Assembly (NCBI RefSeq): GCF_003010495.1
Contig: NZ_CP027570.1
Coordinates: 2,400,001-2,432,000, forward strand
Direction of reading: 5' to 3'
Source: Megasphaera elsdenii DSM 20460
GTDB taxonomy: Bacteria; Bacillota; Negativicutes; Veillonellales; Megasphaeraceae
DNA: 32,000 nucleotides
The notes below the pieces were generated by a model, which searched no databases, was not told where the DNA came from, and worked only from the letters and a program-made list of their open reading frames with translations. Each line of letters begins with the position of its first letter. Position 1 is the stretch's first letter. Made by a program: the position numbers and the translations under genes. Positions 1 through 7,708 of the stretch are shown here, one piece after another.

Positions 1-1177
1 CGTCGCATTTCTTCAAAGCTTCGTCGTAGTCCTGTTTGATCAGGGTACGGACTTTCATAGCCCGCAGATAATAGGCATCGTAATAGCCCGAGCTGAGGAC
101 GTAGGTCCCGAGGAGGATACGGCGTTTGACTTCGTCGCCAAAGCCTTCAGTACGGGTCTTGATGTACATGTCGACGATATCCTTGCCGTCGACGCGCATA
201 CCAAAACCGACGCCGTCGTAACGGGCCAGGTTGGAGCTGGCTTCGGCCGGCGCGATGATATAGTACGCAGCGATACCGTATTTCATGTGCGGCATGCTGA
301 CCGGTACGATTTCGGCACCGAGTTCCTTATACGTTTCGATAGCGTCTTCCAAAGCCTTGCGGCAGGTAGCGTCGAGGCCTTCGCCGAAGAATTCTTCGGG
401 GACGCCGATTTTCATGCCCTTGACGTCATTGACCAAAGCCTGTTTGTAGTCTTTTTCGGCCTGGGGAATGGACGTCGAGTCCTTGGCGTCATGACCGGCA
501 ACGGCATTGAGGACGATGGCGCAGTCTTCGACGTCATTCGTGAAAGTACCGATCTGGTCCAGGGACGAAGCGAAGGCGATGAGGCCGTAACGGGAAATGA
601 GGCCGTATGTCGGTTTGAGGCCGACGACACCGCAGTAGGAAGCCGGCTGGCGGACGGATCCGCCAGTATCCGAGCCGAGGGCCCAGACCGTTTCACCCGA
701 AGCGACAGCAGCCGCCGAACCGCCGGAAGAACCGCCGGGGACGCAATCGAGGTTCCACGGATTGTGAGTCAGCTGGAAAGCCGAGTTTTCCGTCGAGCTG
801 CCCATGGCAAATTCGTCCATGTTGGTCTTGCCCAGGCTGACGTAATCAGCTGCCATCAATTTGTCGATGACCGTCGCATTGTACGGCGATTTGAAATTTT
901 CCAACATCTTCGAAGCACACGTAGCCTTCTGGCCTTTGATGCAGATGTTATCCTTAATGGCACCGGGGACACCGGCAAGGTCACTGATTGTTTCGCCAGC
1001 TGCGATTTTAGCATCGACAGCGGCAGCCGCTTCCAGGGCATATTCGCGGTTATCCGACAAGAATGCCTGTACTTTCGGTTCTACTGTATCTTTATGTGCA
1101 AGAAAAGCCTTGGTCAATTCGACAGCCGATACGTCGCCGTTGACCAGTTTTTCATGCAGTTCATGGATTGTTAACAT
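1..1177 (-). CDS. gatA: Glu-tRNA(Gln)/Asp-tRNA(Asn) amidotransferase subunit A (GatA). Start is in the window; the 3' end runs off the left edge.
   Basis: Own translation of the minus strand from ATG 1177-1175. It is absent from the ORF track because no stop lies in the window. Sequence: [26 protein letters not shown]...[19 protein letters not shown]...[18 protein letters not shown]...[25 protein letters not shown], the amidase signature of GatA. GGGAGG SD lies 7 nt upstream, 15 nt after the gatC stop. The + ORF 287..1174 is its antisense shadow. Confidence 0.95.
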   Translation of the reverse strand, partial: MLTIHELHEKLVNGDVSAVELTKAFLAHKDTVEPKVQAFLSDNREYALEAAAAVDAKIAAGETISDLAGVPGAIKDNICIKGQKATCASKMLENFKSPYNATVIDKLMAADYVSLGKTNMDEFAMGSSTENSAFQLTHNPWNLDCVPGGSSGGSAAAVASGETVWALGSDTGGSVRQPASYCGVVGLKPTYGLISRYGLIAFASSLDQIGTFTNDVEDCAIVLNAVAGHDAKDSTSIPQAEKDYKQALVNDVKGMKIGVPEEFFGEGLDATCRKALEDAIETYKELGAEIVPVSMPHMKYGIAAYYIIAPAEASSNLARYDGVGFGMRVDGKDIVDMYIKTRTEGFGDEVKRRILLGTYVLSSGYYDAYYLRAMKVRTLIKQDYDEALKKCD

Positions 1178-1192
1178 ACATACGCCTCCCTG

Positions 1193-1483
1193 TTAATCCT
1201 GGATGACTTTCGGAACTTTGAAATAGCCATCAGCCTGTTCCGGCGCATTCTGAAGCGCTTTTTCATTGGCCAGCGACGGCTGGGGAACGTCGTCGCGCAT
1301 GACGTTGGACATAGATACGGCATGGGCCGTCGGTTTGACATCGGTCACATCGACCTGGCTCAAGAGATCCATGTACGATAAAATGTCGTTCAGCTGTTTC
1401 CCGACCGTTTCCATCTGGTCTTCCTTGACTTCCAGGCGGGACAACAGTGCGATCTTCTTTATTTCTTCGGCACTGATTTTCAT
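1193..1483 (-). CDS. gatC: Glu-tRNA(Gln)/Asp-tRNA(Asn) amidotransferase subunit C (GatC), 96 aa
   Basis: MKISAEEIKKIALLSRLEVKEDQMETVGKQLNDILSYMDLLSQVDVTDV... is typical GatC in length and sequence. I prefer the internal ATG at 1483 (AAGGAG SD 7 nt upstream) over the track start at 1546. It lies directly upstream of gatA. Confidence 0.9.
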   Translation of the reverse strand: MKISAEEIKKIALLSRLEVKEDQMETVGKQLNDILSYMDLLSQVDVTDVKPTAHAVSMSNVMRDDVPQPSLANEKALQNAPEQADGYFKVPKVIQD

Positions 1484-1553
1484 ACTGACACTCCTTGCAG
1501 ATATTTTTAGCGTGACAAATCGGAATCGTTTGTCAAAATTCAACACATATATA

Positions 1554-1582
1554 ATTTAATCACCTTTTGCCATATTTTGCAA
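1554..1582 (-). promoter_or_regulatory. Candidate sigma70-type promoter for gatCA (TTGCAA-N17-TTAAAT)
   Basis: On the minus strand, TTGCAA (1582-1577), a 17-nt spacer, then TTAAAT (1559-1554), about 70 nt upstream of the gatC start. Motif match only. Confidence 0.4.
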
Positions 1583-1615
1583 GCCTCGGAGCCAATACCG
1601 CAGGTAGCAGACGGC

Positions 1616-1649
1616 AAACGAGGCTGCCCACCAAGACAGCCTCGTTTTG
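1616..1649. terminator. GC-rich stem-loop with flanking T/A runs (bidirectional terminator-like), at the distal end of the cbi region and before the gatC promoter
   Basis: ACGAGGCTG (1618-1626) / CAGCCTCGT (1637-1645), 9-bp perfect stem and 10-nt loop. It is followed by TTTTGCGTTTGC on + and by TTTGCC on -. Confidence 0.4.
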
Positions 1650-1680
1650 CGTTTGCAGTTTGCAGTAAATATCAACTCAT

Positions 1681-2095
1681 CGCCTGTATGCGATACCGTA
1701 GGGGACGTCCCAGAGCCTTTTTGTCCCATCCGATGCAGGACGATTCCCCCAACGGATAGCAGCGGCGGGCGGCCCGCTACGCGCTGAGGGCTTCCCGAAG
1801 CGTCGTTGTCAATTTGAGTCTGTTGCGGCACAGCCGCATCTGACTCGTAGGGGCGTACACGTAGCGCGCCCGCTTTTGAACTCCGTAAATAACCGTGACT
1901 GCGTTCTTTTCCATCGCCTGACTGCGATACCGTAGGGGACGCCTAAAAGGCGTCCCGCCATGAATCCTGTGCCTAGCCGGAATTTATGACGAATGGCACG
2001 CGGTCGTAATACAATCATGAATTTGACGCGGCAAAGCCGCATCTGAGTCCAAGGCGGCCGGTGGCCTGCGGGACGCCCTTTGGGCGTCCCCTACA
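1681..2095. repeat. Two colinear degenerate copies of a composite GC-rich palindromic (REP-like) element
   Basis: Copies span about 1681-1875 and 1916-2095. Each has CGCCTG-N3-TGCGATACCGTAGGGGACG plus a GC hairpin (GGGACGTCCC 1702-1711; GGGACGCC-taaaa-GGCGTCCC 1936-1956). Each then has a module ending GCGGC-N3-GCCGCATCTGA(C/G)TC (1775-1847; 2011-2050), and another TAGGGG-associated hairpin (GGGACGCCC-ttt-GGGCGTCCC 2070-2090). ORFs 1556..1831 and 1809..2042 merely read through the repeats. Confidence 0.6.
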
Positions 2096-2099
2096 ATGC

Positions 2100-2729
2100 C
2101 TACCCTCTCGTCAAGCGATAGATGAGAGCATTACAGATGGCGGCGGCGATGGTGCTGCCCCCTTTCCGTCCTTTGGCGACGATATACGGGACGCCGGCTT
2201 CCATAATGGTTTCTTTGGCATAGACGACGTTGACGAAACCGACGGGGACGCCGATGATCAGGGCCGGTTTCATCTTGCCAGCGTCGATGAGTTCCCGCAG
2301 GCGCAAGAGGGCTGTCGGCGCATTGCCGACGGCGACGATGACCGCCCCTTCCAGGGCCGCGGCTTTATCCATGGAAGCCTGGGCCCGCGTCGTCCCCTGG
2401 GCTTTGGCCACCGCCGCGACATCTGCATCGGCCATGAAGCAGACTTTACGGCAGCCCAGTTTCTCAAGGCCTGGCTGGCTGATACCCATGCAGGCCATAT
2501 TGGTATCGGTCACGATAGTACAGCCCGATTTCAAGGCGGTCAGGGCCTGTTCGACGGCGCCTGGGCTGAAGCGCAGGTTGCGGACATAGTCGAAGTCGGC
2601 GCTGGTGTGGACGACGCGCTTGATGATGTCTTTTTCGTCCGGCGGCAGGATGATGTCGCCTAATTCGTCTTCAATGATTTCCATGCTGCGCCGTTCGATA
2701 TCGGCCGGCAAAATATGTTCAATTTTCAT
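2100..2729 (-). CDS. cbiC: Cobalt-precorrin-8 methylmutase (CbiC)
   Basis: MKIEHILPADIERRSMEIIEDELG...VHTSADFDY...VAVGNAPTALLRL...VAKGRKGGSTIAAAICNAL are CbiC/CobH hallmarks. Start taken at ATG 2729 (GAAAGGAAGG SD), not the track start at 2822. It overlaps the cbiA stop by 11 nt. Confidence 0.9.
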   Translation of the reverse strand: MKIEHILPADIERRSMEIIEDELGDIILPPDEKDIIKRVVHTSADFDYVRNLRFSPGAVEQALTALKSGCTIVTDTNMACMGISQPGLEKLGCRKVCFMADADVAAVAKAQGTTRAQASMDKAAALEGAVIVAVGNAPTALLRLRELIDAGKMKPALIIGVPVGFVNVVYAKETIMEAGVPYIVAKGRKGGSTIAAAICNALIYRLTRG

Positions 2730-4125
2730 GGGATCCTTCCTTTCGATGGATGCAGGCTGCGACGAAACGGGCGGCCCAGTCCCGTTTCCCCAGGAAATGG
2801 ATATGGGGATAGCCGCCGACAAAGTGGTCGTCAGCGATGATGCAGGGCCAATGGCGCTGGCTCCCGGCCTTATAGGCCGTAAAGTCGCTGCCCCTGTCCG
2901 TGCTGTCCGAATAATGGAACTCGTGGGCCGTTACGGTATCTCCGGCCTGGCAGAAGAGATTGTCCTTTTCGGCCTGGAGAGTGACGTAGCCGAAGCGCTT
3001 CAAGGACGGCGTCATGAAGGTCTCGCCAGGAACGGCGCCGACCCAGGGCCAGCTGTGGTCCTGACTGTCGCGAAAGCTTTCATGGAGGTACATGAAGCCC
3101 CCACATTCGGCGAAGCACGGCACGTGTGCGGCCAGGGCCCGGCGCAGGGACGCCCGCATCGATTCGTTCTGGCTCAAAGCCTGGGCGTAGAGTTCGGGAT
3201 AGCCGCCGCCGAGATAGATGCCGTCGCAAGGCGGCAGTTCCCTGTCGTGGAGGGGGCTGAAAAAGGTGAGGTCTGCTCCCGCCTCCCGCAGGACCTGGAG
3301 GCTGTCTTCATAATAAAAGCAGAAGGCTTCGTCCTGGGCTACGGCGATGATGGCTTGCCCTGCTGCCGGTGGCGCCGGAATGGGGCTGACTCTTGACAAA
3401 GGAGCGGCCTGACGGGCACAGGCCAAAAGGCCGTCCATGTCGAGGCTCTTTTCTGCCTGGAGAGCCAGTTTTCTCATGGTTTCCTGGAGGTCGGCAATTT
3501 CCCCGGCCGTGACCAGGCCCAGATGGCGGCTGGAAAAGGTGCAGTCCGGCATGTCCGGGAAACAGCCAAAAGCCTTCAGGCCCGATGCGGCTTCCCAGGA
3601 CGATTTGAAATGTTCGTACACCATGGGCTTGATGCGGTTGACGATGAAACCTGCAACATGGCTGTCAGGACGAAATGCAGCCAGACCCTGCAAGACGGCG
3701 GCTAAAGACAATCCCGCACCGCGGCCGTCAACGACGAGGACGACCGGTGTATCCGTCGCCACAGCCAATTCATAGGCACTGGCTTCACGGCCCGTGCCGA
3801 CGCCGTCATAATATCCCATGGCCCCTTCCAGGATGGAAATATCCGCAGCCGCGCCATGGTTCATCAGCACCTCCCGGGCAGCTGCCGCGCCCTGTTCATG
3901 GCGGCCGAAGAGAAAGAGGTCCAGATTATATGACGGCGTATCCAGGACCCGGCGATGGAACATGGGGTCGATATAATCGGGGCCGCTCTTAAAAGCCGCC
4001 GGCGACAAGCCGCGGTCCTTGAGGGCCTGCAGCAAGGCACAGACTACGGTCGTCTTGCCGCTGCCGCTGCGCGGAGCTGCCAAGAGCAGCCGCGGAAGCG
4101 GCGTAGGTGATATGGATGAGGGCAT
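2719..4125 (-). CDS. cbiA: Cobyrinate a,c-diamide synthase (CbiA/CobB)
   Basis: MPSSISPTPLPRLLLAAPRSGSGKTTVVCALLQALKDRGLSPAAFKSGPDYIDPMFH... carries the P-loop and the PDYIDP motif. The C-terminal glutamine amidotransferase part contains AECGGFMYL. Start at ATG 4125 (GAAAGGAGA SD). The 39 extra codons in the track ORF read through REP-like DNA. Confidence 0.9.
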   Translation of the reverse strand: MPSSISPTPLPRLLLAAPRSGSGKTTVVCALLQALKDRGLSPAAFKSGPDYIDPMFHRRVLDTPSYNLDLFLFGRHEQGAAAAREVLMNHGAAADISILEGAMGYYDGVGTGREASAYELAVATDTPVVLVVDGRGAGLSLAAVLQGLAAFRPDSHVAGFIVNRIKPMVYEHFKSSWEAASGLKAFGCFPDMPDCTFSSRHLGLVTAGEIADLQETMRKLALQAEKSLDMDGLLACARQAAPLSRVSPIPAPPAAGQAIIAVAQDEAFCFYYEDSLQVLREAGADLTFFSPLHDRELPPCDGIYLGGGYPELYAQALSQNESMRASLRRALAAHVPCFAECGGFMYLHESFRDSQDHSWPWVGAVPGETFMTPSLKRFGYVTLQAEKDNLFCQAGDTVTAHEFHYSDSTDRGSDFTAYKAGSQRHWPCIIADDHFVGGYPHIHFLGKRDWAARFVAACIHRKEGSHEN

Positions 4126-4139
4126 GAAAATCTCCTTTC

Positions 4140-4259
4140 GTGAATGTAGGGGCCGCAGGCCACTTTGTAGGGGCCGTCCCAAAGGGCGGCCCGCCTTCGC
4201 AGGGGAGGCAGTGGGCCGTCTTTCAGGTCGGCCCCTACGCAAGCCCCGGTCGGGGGGCT
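4140..4259. repeat. Cluster of three GC-rich stem-loops with (T)GTAGGGGCC motifs (REP-like) filling the cbiET-cbiA gap
   Basis: GGCCGTCCC-aaa-GGGCGGCC (4172-4191), GGGCCG-N10-CGGCCC (4213-4234), AGCCCC-N6-GGGGCT (4242-4259). None is followed by a T run. Shares TGTAGGGG / CGCAGGCCAC / CCCAAAGGGCG strings with the reverse complement of 2051-2095. Confidence 0.55.
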
Positions 4260-5478
4260 AGGCCTTCTCTGCGTCCTGACGGACAGCGGTAATGATATAT
4301 ACCGGGTTCTGGGCTATCATGAGGTGGTGCTGGCCGGCTTGTTTACTGCGGGCCGTGCTGACCTGGGTGATATCCAGGTGGTATTCGTCATGGGCAGCAT
4401 AATAGGCCGTGACGGCGGCCAGGGTTTCCAAGGTAATGGCCGTGACGACCATGCGGCAGGTTTTGTTTTTGCGGTACAGGTCATCGAGGATGATGGCCAG
4501 ATTGCCCTTCGTCCCGCCAATAAAGGCATAGTCCGGTACGATATCCAGCGATGGCAAGGTCTGGCTGGCATCGCCGGCGACAACGGTGACGTTGGACAGG
4601 TCGAAATGGCCAATGTTTTCTCGTAATACGTCCAGGGCTTCTTCATTGATCTCAAAGGCATAGACATGTCCAAACGGCGCCTGCAAGGCCAGTTCGACCG
4701 TACAGGAACCGGTGCCGGCGCCGATGTCACAGACGACGGCGTCCGCTGATGGCGCCAGCTTGGACAGGGAGACGCTGCGGATTTCCTGCTTGGTCATAGG
4801 CGCTTTGCCGCGCAGGAAGGCTTCGTCCGGCAGTCCATGGACGGGACGCACCCAGGGCCGGGCCTGTTCGTTTTCAATCATCATGACAGCCAGGGCATCC
4901 TCAGAGCGGCTGGTAAAATCGGCAGCTGTCCCGCGTAAGATGGTTTCATTGTCATAAGACAAATCGCAGCCAATGGCCACGGATACCGCATCCAGGCCGG
5001 CCTGACAGAGTTCCCGGCACAAGGCCGCCGGTGAATCGGATCCACCCGTCAGGACGAAGACTTTCCGGTGCTGGCAGACGGCGGCGACGAGGGATTCCTG
5101 GCGGCCGTGGCGGCTGACGACGAAAGCGTCGTTCCATGTCGTCTGCAAGGCCGCGGCAAAATAGACGAGACTGCTGATGCCGGCCAGACGGGTCACCGTG
5201 CAGCCGGGAATATCCGTAAGCAGGGCGGCGAGACTGAAAAAGCCGACATCTCCCGATACCAGGACGGCCACGGGGCCTTCGTCAGCAGATAGCGAGGCGG
5301 CGAGCCGGCAAATCTCGTCGCGCCGGTATGTCGGGACCAGGCGCTTCCCGGAAGAAGCAAAAGGCGCCAGCATCCGCTTGTCACCGACCAGGATGGGCGA
5401 TGCCGCAATAGCTGCTTTCGCCTGCCCCGTCAACAAGTCCGGATTGCCAGGACCGGTACCGATAATATAGATGTGCAT
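4258..5478 (-). CDS. cbiET: Cobalt-precorrin-6B/7 C5,C15-methyltransferase and decarboxylase, fused CbiE-CbiT (CobL-like)
   Basis: The N-terminal half, MHIYIIGTGPGNPDLLTGQAKAAIAASPILVGDKR..., is a tetrapyrrole methylase (CbiE). The C-terminal half, with KQEIRSVSLSKL...VCDIGAGTGSCTVELA, is a class I SAM methyltransferase (CbiT). AAAGGAGA SD lies 6 nt before ATG 5478. Confidence 0.9.
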   Translation of the reverse strand: MHIYIIGTGPGNPDLLTGQAKAAIAASPILVGDKRMLAPFASSGKRLVPTYRRDEICRLAASLSADEGPVAVLVSGDVGFFSLAALLTDIPGCTVTRLAGISSLVYFAAALQTTWNDAFVVSRHGRQESLVAAVCQHRKVFVLTGGSDSPAALCRELCQAGLDAVSVAIGCDLSYDNETILRGTAADFTSRSEDALAVMMIENEQARPWVRPVHGLPDEAFLRGKAPMTKQEIRSVSLSKLAPSADAVVCDIGAGTGSCTVELALQAPFGHVYAFEINEEALDVLRENIGHFDLSNVTVVAGDASQTLPSLDIVPDYAFIGGTKGNLAIILDDLYRKNKTCRMVVTAITLETLAAVTAYYAAHDEYHLDITQVSTARSKQAGQHHLMIAQNPVYIITAVRQDAEKA

Positions 5479-5489
5479 GGTATGTCTCC

Positions 5490-5628
5490 TTTCATGGGGT
5501 GCAGGGGCGCCCTCGTTGGGCGCCCGCAGGCAGCAGTCCGCCGGTCGCAGTCCGATCGGACTCAGATGCCGCGACGCGGCAACAGTTTCAAGCTGACAAC
5601 ATCACTTCGAGTAACCCTCGCTCGTAAA
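5490..5628. repeat. Inverted copy of the GC-hairpin + GCCGC/GCGGC-hairpin module seen at 1775-2095
   Basis: GGGCGCCC-tcgtt-GGGCGCCC hairpin (about 5502-5522), followed by GGACTCAGATGCCGCGACGCGGCAACAGTTTCAAGCTGACAACATCACTTCGAGTAACCCTC (from 5558). This aligns at about 70% identity to the reverse complement of 1775-1847. Confidence 0.6.
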
Positions 5629-6258
5629 AATTCCCTGAACGGGGCTATTTTTCTACAACCTGCGTCTTCCCTATTTGACTGAATAGGTATGCGTAAAAAG
5701 CAACCTCTCAGTCAGCTGCGCTGACAGCTCCCCTATGAGGGGAGCCTTGCTCTTGCCTCCCTGGCATGTTGCAAGCCGTAATGCCCCGAACGGGGCCGTC
5801 TTTTTGTGACCTGCGCCTCTCCTATTTGACTGAATAGATATGCGTGAAAAGCAACCTCTCAGTCAGCTGCGCTGCCACCTCCCCTATGAGGGGAGCCTTG
5901 CCCTTAACCTCCCTGGCATGTTGCAGGCCGTAATGCCCCGAACGGGGCCGTTTTTTGTGACCTGCGCCTCTCCTATTTGACTGAATAGATATGCGTGAAA
6001 AGCAACCTCTCAGTCAGCTGCGCTGACAGCTCCCCTATGAGGGGAGCCTTGCCCTTAGCCTCCCTGGCATGTTGCAGGCCGTAATGCCCCGAACGGGGCC
6101 GTCTTTTTATGACCTGCGCCTCTCCTATTTGACTGAATAGATATGCGTGAAAAGCAACCTCTCAGTCAGCTACGCTGACAGCTCCCCTATGAGGGAGCCT
6201 TGCCCTAGCCTCCCCTCATAGGGGAGGTGGCTCAAAGAGCCGGAGAGGTTGCTTTTTT
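5628..6258. repeat. Tandem repeat, 151-152-bp unit, about 4.2 near-identical copies, noncoding
   Basis: CTATTTGACT recurs at 5671, 5822, 5973 and 6125 (periods 151, 151, 152). Units differ by only a few substitutions or 1-nt indels. Each unit holds hairpins CCTATT-N6-AATAGG, GTCAGC-tgc-GCTGAC, CTCCCCT-atg-AGGGGAG, and GCCCC-gaac-GGGGC followed by CGTCTTTTT on the + strand. No ORF of 60 aa or more. Confidence 0.92.
6150..6258. terminator. Long composite hairpin closing the tandem array, immediately after the cbiJ stop; bidirectional terminator-like
   Basis: AAAAGCAACCTCTC (6150-6163) pairs with GAGAGGTTGCTTTT (6243-6256), a 14-bp outer stem. Inner hairpins include CCTCCCCT-cat-AGGGGAGG. TTTTTT follows on +, and GCTTTTCAC follows on -. 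It lies 4 nt downstream of the cbiJ TAA. Confidence 0.5.
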
Positions 6259-6262
6259 GTCA

Positions 6263-6970
6263 TTACTCTCCCCGTTCGATGACGATGACCTTGGCGCCTG
6301 TCTGCCGGGCGGCCTCTAATTTCTCTTGGAAACCGCCAGTGCGGCCGGAGTTCTTGGTGACGACGTAGCGGGCGCCGGTCTGGCGGAACATGGCCGCATT
6401 GAGTTCTGTCGTGAACGGTCCCTGCATACAGATGATATGGGCTGGCAGATAGCCCAGGTCCAGGGCCCGGTCCAGCGAAGGCCGGACGGGCAGGATGCGG
6501 GCATAGAGGCGCTGGGCGTAGTCGGGAAGCTGGGCAAAGGAGTCCAAATCCTTGCTGCCTGTCGTCAAAAAGACAGGGCCCGTCGTATGGCTCAGGACCT
6601 CGACGGCTTCGTCGACGGAATGGACGGCGATGCAATCGGCCTGTTCGGCATAGCTGCCGCTTCGCCGTTGTATGCGGCGGTACGGGACGCCGACGGCCCG
6701 GCAGGCCTGACGGATATTGGCGGTCACAGCCGTCGCATAGGGATGGGTCGCGTCGACGACCTGGGCAATGGCTTGTTCCCGAAGAAAGCTTTCCATCTCT
6801 CCTTCGTCCATGCGACCGGTCACGACAGTCACGAAGGGACTGTCCGGCACCAGGGAAGCGCCGTATTCCGTCGCCACGGACACATAGGCCCGGATATGAT
6901 AGCGGTCGGCATAATGGGCCAATTTCCGCCCTTCTGTCGTACCGCCGGCAATCCAGACAGGACTCCTCAT
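6263..6970 (-). CDS. cbiJ: Cobalt-precorrin-6A reductase (CbiJ/CobK)
   Basis: MRSPVWIAGGTTEGRKLA...VVDATHPYA...FLTTGSKDL...YVVTKNSGRTGGFQEKLEAARQTGAKVIVIERG matches the CbiJ family pattern. ATGA overlap with the cbiH stop. Confidence 0.85.
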   Translation of the reverse strand: MRSPVWIAGGTTEGRKLAHYADRYHIRAYVSVATEYGASLVPDSPFVTVVTGRMDEGEMESFLREQAIAQVVDATHPYATAVTANIRQACRAVGVPYRRIQRRSGSYAEQADCIAVHSVDEAVEVLSHTTGPVFLTTGSKDLDSFAQLPDYAQRLYARILPVRPSLDRALDLGYLPAHIICMQGPFTTELNAAMFRQTGARYVVTKNSGRTGGFQEKLEAARQTGAKVIVIERGE

Positions 6971-7695
6971 AAATGATAACCCCGCGGCGTGACCAGTTTG
7001 CCACCGATATTCTTGGTCTGGCTGTTGCCAATGAAGACGGTACAGAACATGTCCAGGTGCATCTTACGCAGTTCGCCCAAGGTCAGGACAGTGACTTCCT
7101 GGCCTTCGCGGCCGATGTTGCGGACGATGCCGGCTGGCGTATCGGCCGGCTGATGGCGCAAGATGATGTCGCAGGCCTTTTCCAGATAATCGGCCCGCTT
7201 CTTGCTGGCCGGGTTGTACAGGCAGATGACGAAATCACCAGCAGCGGCACAGTCGAGGCGATTGGCGATTTTTTCCCACGGCGTCAGCAAGTCGCTGAGG
7301 GAAATAAGGCACGTATCGGCGACTAAGGGCGCGCCGAGCAGGGCCGCACCGGCACTGGCAGCGGTCACGCCGGGAATGACTTCGATGTCGATATCCTCGC
7401 CGGCAGCGACTTCGTGCATGATACCGGCCATGCCGTAAATCCCGGCATCGCCGCTGGACACGATGGCCACGGTCTGGCCTTGCAGGGCCCGGTCCCGTAC
7501 CATCCGGCAGCGTTCGACTTCCTTAGTCATGCCTGTCGTGACGAATTCTTTACCCGGGAAGTAATGGCGAATCAAATTGATATATGTATCATAACCGACA
7601 ATACAGTCGCAGCCATCGAGTATTTCCCGGGCCTGCAAAGTCATGCCCTGCAAGGACCCCGGCCCGATGCCGACGACATAAATGCGATGTTTCAT
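6967..7695 (-). CDS. cbiH: Cobalt-factor III / precorrin-3B C17-methyltransferase (CbiH)
   Basis: MKHRIYVVGIGPGSLQGMTLQAREILDGCDCIVGYDTYINL...VAIVSSGDAGIYGMAG...VIPGVTAA is a tetrapyrrole methylase of CbiH type. Start at ATG 7695 (GAGAGGAGAA SD) is preferred over the track start at 7740. Confidence 0.9.
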   Translation of the reverse strand: MKHRIYVVGIGPGSLQGMTLQAREILDGCDCIVGYDTYINLIRHYFPGKEFVTTGMTKEVERCRMVRDRALQGQTVAIVSSGDAGIYGMAGIMHEVAAGEDIDIEVIPGVTAASAGAALLGAPLVADTCLISLSDLLTPWEKIANRLDCAAAGDFVICLYNPASKKRADYLEKACDIILRHQPADTPAGIVRNIGREGQEVTVLTLGELRKMHLDMFCTVFIGNSQTKNIGGKLVTPRGYHL

Positions 7696-7708
7696 AAAAT
7701 TTCTCCTC

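Noticed and set aside
287-1174. Long + strand ORFs throughout the window, e.g. 287..1174, 2061..2663, 2605..3396, 8093..8656, 13558..14682, 21557..22567, 23421..24458, 28137..29033, 30646..31518.
   Set aside because: Each lies antisense to a minus-strand gene with clear family motifs. Their translations are Arg/Gly/Asp/Ala-rich with no recognisable domains or SD sites. These are typical shadow ORFs of GC-rich DNA.
2730-2822. N-terminal extensions of track ORFs: cbiC 2822, cbiA 4242, cbiH 7740, permease 12636, exbB 16900, peptidase 21121, pilin 21476, trkH 27885, gatC 1546.
   Set aside because: In each case an internal ATG/GTG has a proper GGAGG-type SD and/or a coupling overlap with the upstream stop, and homology begins there. 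The extensions run into upstream genes or repeats.
5479-5700. Possible second cobalamin riboswitch upstream of cbiET.
   Set aside because: Reading the minus strand shows no B12 box (no GCCACTG / AGNCNGNAGACCTGCC-type blocks) and no GGGAA...GGTGAAA core. Only REP-like hairpins are present.
5770-6100. Sigma54-like TGGCAT...TTGCA string (CCTGGCATGTTGCAGG) in every repeat unit.
   Set aside because: The GG and GC elements are separated by 6 nt rather than the ~10 nt required for -24/-12 promoters.
5750-6110. Mini-ORF inside each repeat unit (ATGAGGGGAGCC..., e.g. MRGALPLASLACCRP).
   Set aside because: A 1-nt indel between unit 1 and units 2-3 changes the frame and the stop position. The ATG is the loop of the CTCCCCT/AGGGGAG hairpin. 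There is no SD.
5628-6258. Tandem repeat considered as a CRISPR array.
   Set aside because: The whole 151-bp unit repeats head to tail with no unique spacers. The repeat length is far outside CRISPR norms, and no cas genes are nearby.
6216-7031. 271-aa minus-strand ORF overlapping cbiJ in another frame, and similar alternate-frame ORFs such as 4317..4730, 10793..11212, 18333..18824, 20281..20835, 23015..23515.
   Set aside because: Arg/Pro-rich low-complexity translations fully nested in well-supported genes. They are off-frame artefacts.
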